Shown here piece after piece: positions 37,579 through 51,417 of a DNA stretch of 64,000 nt. The notes below the pieces were generated by a model. That model was given only the letters and a program-made list of their open reading frames with translations. It ran no database searches and was not told the DNA's origin. The position numbers and the translations under genes are program-made. Origin of the DNA: Styela clava. Its lineage: Eukaryota. Location of the stretch: positions 16,306,001 through 16,370,000 of the forward strand of contig NC_135253.1 of the NCBI RefSeq assembly GCF_964204865.1, written 5' to 3'. Positions within the stretch are counted from its first letter, which is position 1. Each line of letters opens with the position of its first letter.

Positions 37579-37828
37579 CAGGGTGTCTCAAAATTCTATG
37601 TTAAAGAGGTGCTGAGTTTGTCTTACTGATTTATATGCTTCTTGCGAAACAGCAATTTTGCACCTCAATGCTTGGATTAATCTCCTTGTTATTCTGTGGG
37701 TTGATGAAAAATGCAAACAATACCTAAATTTTACTACTTATCCATACTGTTTTCTGAAGAAGTGAACGCTCTATAATGAGTACCTGAAAAGCAAATTAAA
37801 AGTGTATACTTACTTTTGAGACACCATG
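37579..37828. mobile_element. Tc1/mariner-type MITE between the convergent POLE2 and SNX19-like 3' ends
   Basis: TA|cagggtgtctcaaa ... tttgagacaccatg|TA. Confidence 0.75.
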
Positions 37829-38584
37829 TATTTTGTTATTAGCGCAAGGCCGTTGATCATTTGGGACTGTGGAGTTTTTTATAAACTTCAGGTTGAGAAA
37901 GAAATCTAGACTTCCAAATTCTTCTGTAATCAGACTTTGTTAATGAAGATTCTGGTGATTCAGCTTTATTTAATAGACTGTTAAAAATACTTCTTGATAT
38001 TTTCGAGTTCCTGCATATATCACACATGCAAAGCAGTCCTGTGGTAACCTGTTTGAGGATTTGGTGGGTTTAGGATTTTGTGTTATTTGGATAAAATTTA
38101 CCAGTTCAGATTGGGTGCCAGTATGGTAATTCGTTTAACACCACCTTCGTAGGATAAGACATGGATCCACAAATTCATCATGGCAATTCCTCACCTTAAC
38201 ACAATAAATAGGCTACCACTTTCACTGAATGAATCCTGTGATTACAGCAAGACATGTCATTCGCCTACGCCAGTGGTACGTCGTCGTAAGAAAATCATAT
38301 ACCAAGTCAATATCTACGTTAGTTGGCCAACGCGTTTAATTACAATGCTAGTAAGTGGACAAACCTTGATCATCTCTCAGCTATGCCGGGCTCTGCTACA
38401 TGTCAAGAACTGTTAAACATGCAAAGATTATACTATACTCATGTTTATTCAAAGCTGCGGCAGATAACATATTTTAAACACATGAAAGATACAATTAAAA
38501 CAAAAGCAATCACAGTAAAGAGCAATTCAGTCACAGAAAATATACAAAATGAAAAAACCAATAACAAAAGAGGAATGGTATGAA

Positions 38585-41500
38585 TCAAGAGGCAGGTGAT
38601 GTTACAACATTCAAAGATATATTGTTACGATGAACAACATCATCAAAGTCAGAAAATAACTGTTGAATTATCAAATCTAACATTTTATAGAGTAGATGTC
38701 TGTTAATAAGAGGATTTTGTAAAGACAATAATAAATGTTCGACTCCATTACTATAAGTCTCTTCATCAACAATGAAACGTATTACATATGGCAAGGCCTT
38801 TTCTAAAGTTTTTTTTGCGCTGCGAATTGCTTCATCTTTCACTTCAGAAGAGGCAGTCATCCAAGTTATTCGTTCGTCATCATTTGAATCCCATTCACCT
38901 TCTGGCCAAAGAGCATTATGAAGTGTCGTTATGTATTTAGTCCAACTATCTTTCGTTGTTAATTCATTAATCTCCTTTACCAAGAATGCAGAAACATATT
39001 TTGTCAGAGTCACGGCTATTATTCCACGAGTTCCTGGTTTAACATTCCATGTATGTAAAAGAAATTGAAGAACTAAACGAGCAGATAAAATATCTGAATC
39101 AGTTTCTGATATAGGAATAGAGCCAGCATCACAACCATCTCCAGTTCCTCTACTTTCAACAGTTTGCTCAGAACCTTCGATCCTTATTAGAGGGGTCGAA
39201 TTGATATCATTTTCATGTTTCCATTTTGAAGGAAAGACATTTCTTCTATTCTGTATAATATTGAAGTAAAGTTGGTAGAGGAAAAATTCCAATATTACTA
39301 GTATCCAGAAACACAAAACAAAAAATAGCTTGATCATTGATAACAAGAGAGCAATACTCAAGTACATGGACGCGAGTAAGCCATCTGTCACCGTAGTCTA
39401 CCCTATTTCGCATGATCACCAGATAGCAAAGATAACTAAGCGCCGCATTATGCACTATTTTTGATTTTGATGATGTCATCGCACACAAAATCACTAAAAA
39501 TTTCGAAAGCAATTGGTCCAGTAATTGAAGAGAAAAGCGCTTTTTTCATAACGAAAACAAGAATTCTAACAACAACATGATACCAAAACTTTGATTCCAA
39601 AAAGTGGTCATTACAAAAATATATTAACATAAAGGTAGCAGTACACACCTAGAGCATAAAAGTATTTCATTACAGAGTCCATAATCCATACAACACTTAC
39701 CTCAAAGTTTGCAAACTGTCTCTTCGCGGAATCGGCAACAACGTCTTGATTATTGAAATGCTTAGATGAACCAAATACTTTGTTTCGTAGTTTGGTTACT
39801 GCTCCCACATTCTCGACCTCATTATTTGGAAATATAGAACCGTTCGACTCTGACTCCCTTTTCTCTCTGATACTTGGACCCTAAGATGGTATGAACTCTT
39901 TTTTTTTTAGGTTTCAAGACAGCAAATTAAAAGTAACAAAAAAAATCATCATAAATTGAAGATATAACATAGAAAGAATATCCAAGAAATCCAAATTTTA
40001 ACTATTTAGAACATGGGTTTTCAAATTTCTCCTTGGGGAATAAATTGGACCCGTATTAGGGTCAATTTTGCAAGCAATAATGTACAAGGCCAAATGTGGC
40101 TGTTGACCACATGAAAAAGAATGCAAATTTCTCAACAAATCTGCAATGACTGTATGTTGCAAAAAAATGGTTGTAAACGGCCAAATAAATAAAGTAACTA
40201 AACAATAAAATTGAACTAAACTAACTGTAACTAAACACTATTTATGAGAAGCTTTTCGCCGACAAAAAAGCAACATATTTCAATATAGGCTGGTTGTGTC
40301 AAATTGTGTTACAATGTTTATATGCTATATTGATGAAAAAGGTAGAGGGGATAAATTTTACTTTCGATTTTGCCCAGGGGTAAAAGAGAGAATGAAAGTG
40401 GAAAACTCCTTAAAAACTAAGAAATGTTAGTTGAACGTTACTAGATATACCTCAATCTTAAAAGCAGTTTTATTATCTGTGGATGGCAATGTGTCAGAAA
40501 ATTTCATAGAAGTACTTCCGAGAAAATCTTTCAGTGCTGTTTTAAACATTTTATCAAACCTGAAAATTAAAAATCAAAATGAAGGAATAATGACATGAAA
40601 CACTCAGTGTTGAGTGAAAGATAAATTTAACAGCAGTTAGTGCATTGACAATATATAGGCGGGCTGGAGAGCTGGTTTGAAATTACAAGAGAGTTGGGGT
40701 CAAATATATGGACACAAAGGCAAGAGCATAACTTTCCCGAAACCATATCCCGAACCAAACTGGAACTATAAAACGGCTGTCGAACCTGTGGGTCTAGTAT
40801 AGTTTAGTACCAGAAGTACTTCTAGTGAGCATGGTAGACCCATCCTCGGTTGCCTATCGTACCCTTACCAAAATATTTCTGTTGAACGAGCAGCGAATTC
40901 GCAAAAATAAAACGGAGGCAGTCGTCATGCTTGGCGAAATAAAAATAAAACAACAAAATTTTGGGTGAAATATAACATCTCATAAAATTCGTGGGAAATT
41001 TAGGAATAAATAAGAGTAATAGCGTTCTAGCGACAACAACAACAATCTTCAACCACTAGAAATTTCGAAGCAATTGATACAGCAGTTGAAGAGAAAAGAG
41101 ATTATTTCACAACAAAAATAACAACATGAAAAAGAAAAAGAATACAGCGAACAACATAATAACAAAACGATCCATAGGTCAACTTTGTGTCCAATAATGG
41201 CTTTATATGATAATATATGATATGGTAAGATGGCCTCCAGCTCCAGCAAAACTATGGACTTTTCCACTTTTGACACAAATTTATATAAAGCATATACCTT
41301 GGGATTGGTTCAGGTTTTTGAACATAGGCAATACGAGGGTCCATTTCAAAAGCTAGGAACTCACGCATCTCCTCGCAATGGCTGATGAATGGAATGGAGC
41401 AAATCTGTCAAAACAAATCATTAAATGATTCAATGATATATCAAAAATGTTCAAAATTTGGTCAGTTCTTTGTACAATTCTGAAACATAGACGAACTTGA

Positions 41501-44500
41501 CACAAAAATAAGGCTGTAAATGCAAGTCTTGAAATAAAAAATTGCTTCTGCTTCTTCTTATTAAATGCATAAATAAATATTGTTTTTCTGTTGTTTGTCT
41601 ATGTTCAATACACAATAACTCTGTAGTCAATCACAAATCTGAAGTATAAAGTAAACAAGGAGAAAGGACCTGTAATTCAATACATAATATCCTAGTATCC
41701 TTTAAGTTTAAACCATGGGTGTGCAACATTTTTCGTTGGTGACATCTAACATCAGACATCTGGCCGGGCCACACAAAAAGTTTGGTTTTTCCATGTACAC
41801 AGCAAATTGAATTTTTTTATTTATTCAACATTTTAGTAGGACGAAAGGTGACGTAAAGCTGTTTGATGTCTCATGTATCTCGCTTGCGTTTACCACACCG
41901 CTTTTTTCAAAATTGTTTAAAATTTCTCTCTTATTTTTGCGATAGCGTCGAGAGCATTGCTGCCGCGTGCCTCAGGTGACGATTAGTGGAAAGAGACGTA
42001 ACAAGCTTTCCGACGATACCTGAGTAAAGTTTCTCGCACGTTTGAACAAAAAGCTATGACATTTTTTAGGAGTGGTATAAAGAGCCGCTTAGGACCCTCG
42101 GAGAAAAAATGAATGAATGATACCTCTCTAAGATAAGCTTGTAAAAATTTTCTTCGTTTCTCAATATATTCTTTATCCATATTTCCAAATGGCACAGGAA
42201 ACATTCTTGATGGTCCATTAATATTTGCTATCAAGTTTCTGGCAACCATGTTTTGGGAAAGTCTTTCTTGAAGAACATGAAACTCTCGAAAACGTCTTTG
42301 CACCTGGAAATGTATTTGTATTAGTTTTTTCAATATATTCCTATTTTGGGACCTACGGTAGTATAGTTCAGTACCACAAGTACTTCTTGTGGACGTGGCA
42401 TACCCATTTTTGCATAGGTCATTCCCTACCTTCATCTGACAACGTCACAGTGACACAATATGGCCCGCCAAAATATATGGACAGTCGACCAAAACGCCCA
42501 GAGGATCACCCGAATTCGGGCAAGGTTCGTCATATACAGAGTCTGCTGCTTTGACGTCTGTGGTATCCACCCTATATACATACACACCCTATTTCTAAAG
42601 CTACATGGTACAATTCAATATTCAACTTATAATATATAATGAACACAAACCTGGTGCTTCTTCATATGACTTATTTTCTTTGGTCTTGTATTACTTTCTA
42701 TATTATTGTTGTTTGCAGATTCCTCATTGTTCAATGGAATATCAATAGCAACAGTTTGTGCTTGTAGGAATTCTCTTGTTTTGTATGTTATTTTATACAA
42801 AGTATATTTTCTTCCTCCATCAAAGTTTTCTTTCATTTCAACAGCTTCGGGAATGCGAATCCGGAAAAAAAGTTTTTCTTGAGGTGTTCTGAAGAAGAAT
42901 ATGATTGAAAAGTAAGAATTGAGTCATTGCAACTAAAGAAGAACAGCATATATAAGTATTGGGAGAAAAATCACCACTTTTTAATATAAGAAACCTTAAT
43001 AAAGAGTTCATATTTAAAAAAAAAATTTAGGCTTGCTAAATATTGAAATAAATTCGAAGTGAAATTTAAAATTTGATCAGAATCAAATCAGATATAATGT
43101 TTTATTTATCTAGAAATGAAAGATTTAGGAACGAGGCAAGACAATTTTTCTTTCACATATGCAGACATGCAATGTGTTTTATATGGTGAACAAGACTTTT
43201 CCAATATATATAAATTTCCTATGTATATTTATATTTCAATCTGTACTTATTTTCTATGACATTTATTCATGACTTTTGCTCCGAACATAACCCTGTTAAG
43301 TCAATGATTTATACTGATATGTTTGGAGTTACTACTTTTGGGAGGACTAGCAAGTTTCCGGTTCGCCATTACCTAACTAACCCATTACACCCAATGGTGA
43401 GGTCGTGGAATTTAAACTCGAGATGCATAACCAGCTAATGCAGCGATGCAAGGCCATCACACCCTCAAAATGTATCATATTCAAATTTATGATATATATA
43501 TACATTTGTGTGAGTTACCTGCCATTGGCTACAGATAAAATATGCTTATTTAGGGAAGCAGCATCTCGATCGATATTATTCCATTCTGGTGCAAAGTGCA
43601 TTTCTGAAGACATCAGTGGTAATGGAACATCTTCTTGTTGTGGTGATACTGGTTGCAAGTCATCAGAATCAGCAGATAATTGAGAAGCCATTGAAGTGGT
43701 TGATGCTCGTGATGTGCTGAGACAATTTTCACTGTTAAAGACTGTGACTGTGGGTGACAATGATCCATCATTGAATAAACTTTCGGAATTCGCGATAAGA
43801 ACAGCGGAACTTTTCATAGTATTCCCGATAGATAAATTATTTTCAACGCCATTTATAGAGTTGCCGTATTCCATCTCAGGTTCTGAATTATCATTTGCTG
43901 AGTTGACTTCATTTTCTGAATGTCTATTTGCAGTGTCGCTATTTTCTGTTGACGAGTCGATTTCAGTCTCGTCCAAGATTTTCACTAAAGTGTTATAAAT
44001 CCATAATGGGTCTGAAAGAAGATTCACCAATGAGTTGAGGACATTTTGAGCAATAAGCTCTCTCACAAGATACAAAGGAGTTCCTGTCAGTTCATAATCT
44101 TCTGGTAAAAGCCCTTTCAATATAAGTATAATAATTCCTCTTAAATGTTCCATTTCAGAATCTGGTAAATTTTCCAGTGCAAAATGACCGTTTTTGCCAA
44201 TATATGATACAGCTATAAGTAGTTCTTTCTGTTTTTCTTCATCTTCATCATTTCTGTTGAAAACAATGTTGGAAACGTATTGAAAAAAATTGGCCTCCAA
44301 CTCAAACAATTTGGAAGACAGACAAAAACAAAGTGATTTTTAATTCAATTTCCTCCAAATATGCAACAAAAATAACATAAAGTATTTAAAGAAATTGAGA
44401 TTACGTTATTGAAATCAAAAAGTCAAGTCAAATTAAAAATTCAACACCATCTAAGTTACCAGTAACTTAATGTTCTTTTTGATATGACATATTAGACATT

Positions 44501-46303
44501 ACCATACAAGTATCATATAAATCAAGTAATAAAATACAATTATTTGAAGAGCAAACATCACATTATTTCCAATTCAATACTACGGCTCAGTAAACAGACT
44601 TATACAATAATAGGACTACACCCATTCAAAGTTTGTTCACTATGACAAGACATCGTTGTGACACCGACTATTAAACACAAAACAGTTATATTTAAAAAAA
44701 AAGTGAAATAATTTAGATTAGGAACATCAATATAAGATAGATCGGGGCTCTGCAAACTGGGGGTCCCGATCTTCTGGTGAGTCGTGGAGGGGCTCAATTG
44801 GTTTCGCAGTAAAATCTCTTTTACTTATGATAAAACAAAATATCGATAAAATTTGAAAGATTTGAAATCAGTACTGAGACCTACCATCACCAAAATAAAG
44901 CCAAGATTCAATCCTTTATGCCAAAATAACCAAGCCTCATTGAGGGTATCGTAAATTTTAGGACTTAGGCTACCGTGTCCCCTTATGAATGTTCGGGGGC
45001 CCAATTTGAAAAACACTGGTTTAGAATGTTCATTTCGTAAGGAAATGCAGAAAATCAATATTTCCAAAATAGATGTCACATTCTGCGTGATTCTTGAAGA
45101 TAATCTATTAGAATTGAAACCTACAATATCAATTACTTACCTAGAATATGCTCGAGATCCAATTTCTTTCGCTGCTTTTTTATATATAATATAATGTTTT
45201 AGAAACTCCTCAAGAATATTCGCTAACAATAAATTCTTATCAGTGGAAGCAACTCGAGATCTAGCTCCTTTGAGTAAATGTTCGAAGAGTTCAAAAGCTT
45301 CTTGAACAAAAGTAACTTCATCTGTTACCTTGTTATACCAAGATAATATGAAATCTCTGACGATGTGTCCTGAATATAAATATAAAATAAGGATGTGGTA
45401 GGTCTAGAACAGTGGTTCTAAACCTGTGGTACGCGGGAGCTTTTCAAGTGGTACGCGAGCAGATTTGAATTATTGCAACAATTAACTTTTGAGGTGGCTA
45501 AAATATGGCGGCAACATTTCATCTTCTATAGTGTGTGTATTCGCTGAACGGCGTTTATTGCGCTACGACTTAAGAGTTCCTTTTTAGAGATCGCCCTCAT
45601 CTGTTTTGCATGTTACATCACAAAGGATGTTGTGCCACATTATAAAATACTACCATAGCCTGTTTCTTGTGCCATTGTCCTCCACCCAAAAAAAGGGACT
45701 TCATTAATGGTACGCGACCAGAGTGTAAACAGTAAAGTGGAGTGTGGTCAGCAAAAGGTTGAGAACCACTGGTCTAGAATTTGTGAAGTGTTGCATGTTA
45801 ATATGGCTTACACAGTGACATCCATTAGTGAATAAGATGTCTTTGCGAGTTGAAGTTGCGAGGTGGTGGGCATGGAAATTCAACCCGAGATTTTGAATAG
45901 CGATGCCATCATAGTTTAATAATGCTTAGTTTAATAATGCTTTAACCGCCAGGGCACTGTATTACAGATAATCAGATATTTGTATTAATAAATAACGAGT
46001 TAGTGATACCATATGCTCGACCAAAATCTCACCAGTCAGCTCTCTCAATTTCTTTGTTATTTGGTCATCATGTTCAAATAATTCAATTTCTTCTTCATCA
46101 GACGATTCGTTCTTATTACACGAGTACATCCAATAAAATAATCCATCACTCGGAATAAGATATCCACTCATGAACATGGCGTAGAATGACAGTAATAAGC
46201 AGAAACAGAAAATGATTATATTCAGAATAAAAGGTGTTCCGGACATCTGATACATTGCCGTCAGCAATCCAGATATTAATAAAGCGATTGAAAACGGCTC
46301 CAT
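38585..46303 (-). CDS. Sorting nexin of the PXA-PX-PXC type (SNX19-like), 9 exons, 904 aa
   Basis: Exons 46303-46033, 45369-45141, 44253-43519, 42888-42651, 42303-42124, 41404-41298, 40559-40451, 39880-39701, 39250-38585; 2715 nt, phases consistent. Two N-terminal hydrophobic helices, PXA (HIVRDFILSWY...LSDPLWI), PX (VQRRFREFHVLQERL...IEKRRKFLQAYL), PXC (ALWPEG...LQNPLINRHLLY). No RGS domain visible, as in SNX19. Confidence 0.88.
45410..45771. mobile_element. hAT (Buster-type) MITE in SNX19-like intron 1
   Basis: TIRs cagtggttctaaacc / ggttgagaaccactg; TSD GTCTAGAA at 45402-45409 and 45772-45779. Confidence 0.9.
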
Positions 46304-47046
46304 TTATGATTTTTATTTTCTAAAAAATAAAGAATGAAACGTGTTAAAAACAAACTATGCCAAAAACACAATAAAACTAGAAATAGGTTTAATATTTCGT
46401 GTTACTATACAGTGAGATCTACATGTGACAACTACCCAGATTTTATGTACCTTAAGTTAGATTAGGTATTGGCTCTGATGATATGTATAGAATGAAGTAA
46501 TACCCATTAATTAATTAAGGATGTAAAGTGCAGTCAGTCAACACATTATAGCACTAGCATACCACCCAAAGTATATCTCAATATATGCGTTTTTGTACCA
46601 TGGAATTTTTTAAACTAGTACGGGTATGCAATTAGTCACAGTAGACTACTGGTAATTCAGTCATCACGACTTCGCCCAACCACCAGATCGCTAACGCAAA
46701 CACGGAATCGCCACAAGGTGCATAACTTTAAATTTGATGACTCCATTGCACACAAAAAACGAATTCCATATAACACACAGAAATTTTTAAAATAAATGGA
46801 AATAAAAGCCTTATAGCAAAAAAATACAATCTCCAACCACGGAAATTTCAAAGCAATTGGTCCAGTAGTTAATGAGAAAAGCTATTTTAAAAAATTCCTA
46901 CTACAACAAAAACATAACAGAATGATCCATATGTACACTTTGTTCCAATAATTCTGCTAACTAAGTTTCATATGCCACTCTATTAATTAACCTAGTACAC
47001 GATAAGATATCAAATAGTTTTAACCAAATACTAACCTAAATTCAAT

Positions 47047-49377
47047 CTATTGTTCATACAAGAAAGCGTCAAAGTTTTTTTCTGCAATTTTCTCTTCTAA
47101 ACAGCATTGTAAAGCTATACTCAAATGCACAGCAAGAATGTGTTTACACTGAAAAACAAATGCATGAAATCATGTGATATTTTGTCATCAGATTTAAATT
47201 TGCCTAGTAATCATAACAGGTTTGAAAAGCAATAAAAAGGTTGTGTACCATTATCAGATCTCCTCTTTTTATTACTCCAAATGCAAATGATGGGCAGGGA
47301 CAAAATTGTAAGGATGATGGGCAGTAATAGGTCTTCCTTGAACTTCCAGAAATCTACATAGAAAAAATGGAGATACTCAACAAAAAATCATTTTCTGACA
47401 TATTTTTGAAAATCATTATATGATAATATTTTAATTACCTTTAGTAAGATAGCAAACAGATATTATTTAAAAACCTACCGTATGTATCAGTACAGTATAC
47501 ATGTCTGTGAAAAAAAATCAAGCCTCCTAAAAAATTCAACTCAATGTTACTTCTCAAATAAATCATCTCAAAATTACACTAATTGACCTTGCTGATTATT
47601 CAACACATGAGTAATATAAATAAACTGATTCACAATACGTAAAACACTAATCATTTTATTTCAGTTCAGTACATCAGCAATGGATGGAACAAAATCATCG
47701 AACATTCAGCCCAGCTCGCTCAGATGTGGGCTCAAGTGCCTAGCATTTAAAGCGTTAGGCTTAATAAGTGTTGGCATCACAATTCGCAGTTTACACATCT
47801 CTAATTTAAACCCCGGTGTAATAAAAAGGGTAAGCAATACCGATTCACGGTCCTTCCAAAAAAAGGAAACCCCTTACATATCGTTAGAACTCAGTTCCTG
47901 TTTGAACAGAGCCTTGTTCAGAGTGGAAGGGGGGATCGAATAAAAAAACACAAGATCAGTGCTGAAATATTTGGATACGAAGGCTGAGACGAACTACTAG
48001 TACGAGTATGCAATTTGTCACAGTGGACTTCCAGTACCGCAGTCTACGCGACTTTGCTTGACCACCAATGTAAACTGCCACAAGGTGCGCACTTTTAAAT
48101 TTTGATGGCGTCATCGCACACAAAAAATAAATCCCAGGGAGCCCACAGGAATTTTGAATCAAATAAAAGTAATAGTCTTCTAGCAAAAAATACAATTTTT
48201 TAGCCACTGAAAATTTCAAAGCAATTGGTCTAGTAGTTAATGAGAAATGCGATTTTTCACAAGAAGAAAAAAATACTAACAAGACGATGGTCAACAACAT
48301 AATAACAAAACGATTCAAATGTACACTTTGTGTCCAATAAATAAAAACAATCAACTTAAAAGTACAAATCAATACTTTTCCCTAACTCAAAGACATGAAT
48401 CAATTTCTGTTTATCTATGTATCTGTTACACAAAATGAACAACATATCAAGCTTGGCAATTTACATTTCATAATTTGATATATGGTATTCAAAAAAATAT
48501 TCGTTCATGAATAAAAACCAAAGAATTTAACCTTGAATAATTCTCTTCTGTTAGGTGTTGTAAGCTTAGTAACGGAGTTTCTATCTACAAGATCAAATGC
48601 TGATAGAAGTGGTTGTCCAAAAACACAGTTCAATCTGAAATAAAGCTTGCATTACAATGTTATAATACAATTCTCACAATATAATGAATATATATATATA
48701 TTATTATCATAATTCTGTGAGGAGAAAGAGATTAGGAAGAGGAATAATGTACAAAGTGTGAAAAAATAAAATACTAATTATTGAATTATTATTGTGATCA
48801 CAAATCGAAATATAGCTATCAATACTGAAGATGCTGATAGCAGATATTCTGAAATTTCATTCCTTTTCATCATATTTAAACTTACTCTAAAAAACTCACA
48901 AAAATTAACAAAATTTACAACTGTATTAGTGAATAATAACAATTTCATTTCAAAAATGACAAACTTTACTGTAAAAACACAAGGGTTTGGAATGTCTGAA
49001 TTCCTAGGAATCACATTTTTTTCAATGGCGGCATTATTACTACAATCAAATCAATTATTCTGTAAATATTGCTTAGCACATCAATCAACTTTTCACATAA
49101 TATAATATGTTAAAATAATACTATTTCTCAATATTTTCATATAACAGTATCAATAATAATAGAATATGTACAAATATAAGAAAATAGTGAACTCACGCTG
49201 ACATCAAGTCATCAGATACTGAAAAAGAAATGAATAAGATTGATATTATCTAGTTGGCACAACCGCAATTGAAAAATAAACGTGATATATTGATACTATA
49301 CCTGAGTCATTCTCTCTTTTCGACTTCTTAACTTCTTCAAAAAGTTTTTTCGTTGTTTCTTCTATGATATAGTTCAT
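47047..49377 (-). CDS. ZSWIM7: Zinc finger SWIM domain protein 7 (SWS1, Shu complex), 5 exons, 135 aa
   Basis: Exons 49377-49302 (76 nt), 49218-49197 (22), 48634-48532 (103), 47353-47249 (105), 47148-47047 (102). Protein includes LMSALNCVFGQPLLSAFDLVDRNSV...ISGSSRKTYYCPSSLQFCPCPSFAFGVIKRGDLIMCKHILAV, with the SWIM CxC...CxH motif. Confidence 0.93.
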
Positions 49378-51417
49378 TCAGACAGTCTCGAGTGTCATTA
49401 ATCAATTGAAGATAATGCAATTGTTGACAACAATAATATGAGCTTGTTATTGATTATGATTAAATATATAAAAGCTTATGAATACTATAACCAAAGCTTG
49501 AAACTACAAAAATACAGAATATATTTGAAAAATTTTAGCACCAAAAAATAATAAAACTAATATTTAGGTATCATTATACTGAAATCTTTGACAAAATAGA
49601 ATAACTTTAACAAACGTGCAATCTAAATCCCGAAAACGTAATGTTGAATTTTTATTAGGGAATGTTTCAAAAATATATTAGGTACTAACAATGTTTAGTA
49701 TTTGATTTAGTTTACCGTAGTATTCGTTTATTTTTAAAGTTGAAAGTCTCAAACTACAATATTTGAATATAAAAAATTCCGATTTGAGTTGTATTTTGTA
49801 TTTTTATTCACATTCAAACGTGATATATTTAATTCGGTTCTACTTTGGTATGCGATCTCAACCGGTTTTGTTATCTCAGTGATTTTAGTTAGGGTTTGGA
49901 ACTGAATTGTATGAGAATGTGTTTACGCGATTGAAATCAAGTTAAACACGCTCCTCTCCATTACCCCAGTAAAACCCTGAGCTGTGGAGTTTTAATTGCA
50001 TGTTTTGATTGAATTCGGAGTTGTATTTTCGAACTCCTGTGGACGGAATTTCCAAAATTTAATGGTGATAATCAAAGTCAAAACTTTCAAGCGTTCTAAA
50101 CAGTCTATTAATGACAAAATTTGATTTTCACAAGAGTTCGGATCTAAAGGCCGGGTAAAACTTTTTATCAATTTGGACTCAAAGTCAACAGCCCAACCTC
50201 GACAGCTATGGTGAAATCAATAAATTTGGCCGAAATATCAACAACATATATATTTCAATTGCACCCTACTAGATTGAAGCAATAAAATAGATAGTGTGTG
50301 CAAATATAAAGTAAAAAAGGTACTGCAGTATAAAATATGAATTGCAAAAAAAAAGGTAGAAGAATGAATAAATACAAATTACAGATTATAAGTAAAAAGC
50401 ACTTTGTTAATAAAATTTTTCAAACAATATCATATTGGAAATATTATGTCTGTGAAATTGAATTATCTTTTGTTGGTGGAACGAAGGCTCAGCTCTCCTA
50501 ACATAGGAACTGGCAATAACAAAAAACCACGGTAATTGTTATGTAATAGATGTAGGTAGCTACACCTGTGTGTGATCAATTCAACACTACTTTATTTAAA
50601 TGCATTTTTGCATGTTGTGAATTTGAACAGTTATTGATGATAGCAGAATATAGCACTAACAAACAAACATAAAATATAAATATTTCCATCGACTTCATTT
50701 AGCGTTTGGAAGATATATACATATACATCATCAGCAGTGTTTTACAATTTGACTCTCCAAAACAAAAAATATTCTGATTTCTAAACACCTTTTTTCTTCT
50801 AAAACAGTGTTTGAGCCATAACATTTGATTAAGTGTGCAAGCTTAACAACTTGACGCTTGAATTACAACTAAGACTATTGGTGAGAATAATATTTGAATT
50901 GTTATTTAGGTAACATAAGACTGCGATTGGATTAGGGAAAAATTGATTAAGGTAAAATAGAACAGACTTACAAATTACCTTTTTCACCAAGTTTTTTGTA
51001 ATAACTAAATTTATTAATATTAAACTGAGGTAGTTGAGTTTTTGGTCAAGAAACAAGATAAAGCACCTTGTTATTCTTATTGCAGAACTATTAATAAAAA
51101 CCGAATATCATGCATCGGTACCGCTACGGTAACTGAGAATATGGAGGGACAAGTAAAACAGGAAAAAAAAAAGAGTTCAATCAAAATGAAACAGCAAAAT
51201 GTATGGTGAAATATCAGGCCAATAGCAAATTTGACAAAAATAAAAAATTTCTAACTTCTTCTCATACTGAAAATTGAACTGAAATCAATTTGACCATAAA
51301 TTGCGTAGAAAAGCGATATTTTTCCAAAAACAGCAATCATCCGAACAAGTACAATAATGAAATTAAATTTGGCAGCAAAGAAAAAAATTTTAATAACTCA
51401 TTGTTGGGTAACGGTAA

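Noticed and set aside
45962-46032. ORF-track extension of SNX19-like exon 1 (EILVEHMVSL...)
   Set aside because: Only the donor after 46033 (G|gtgaga) gives the phase needed to join the PXA exon; the rest is intron read-through.
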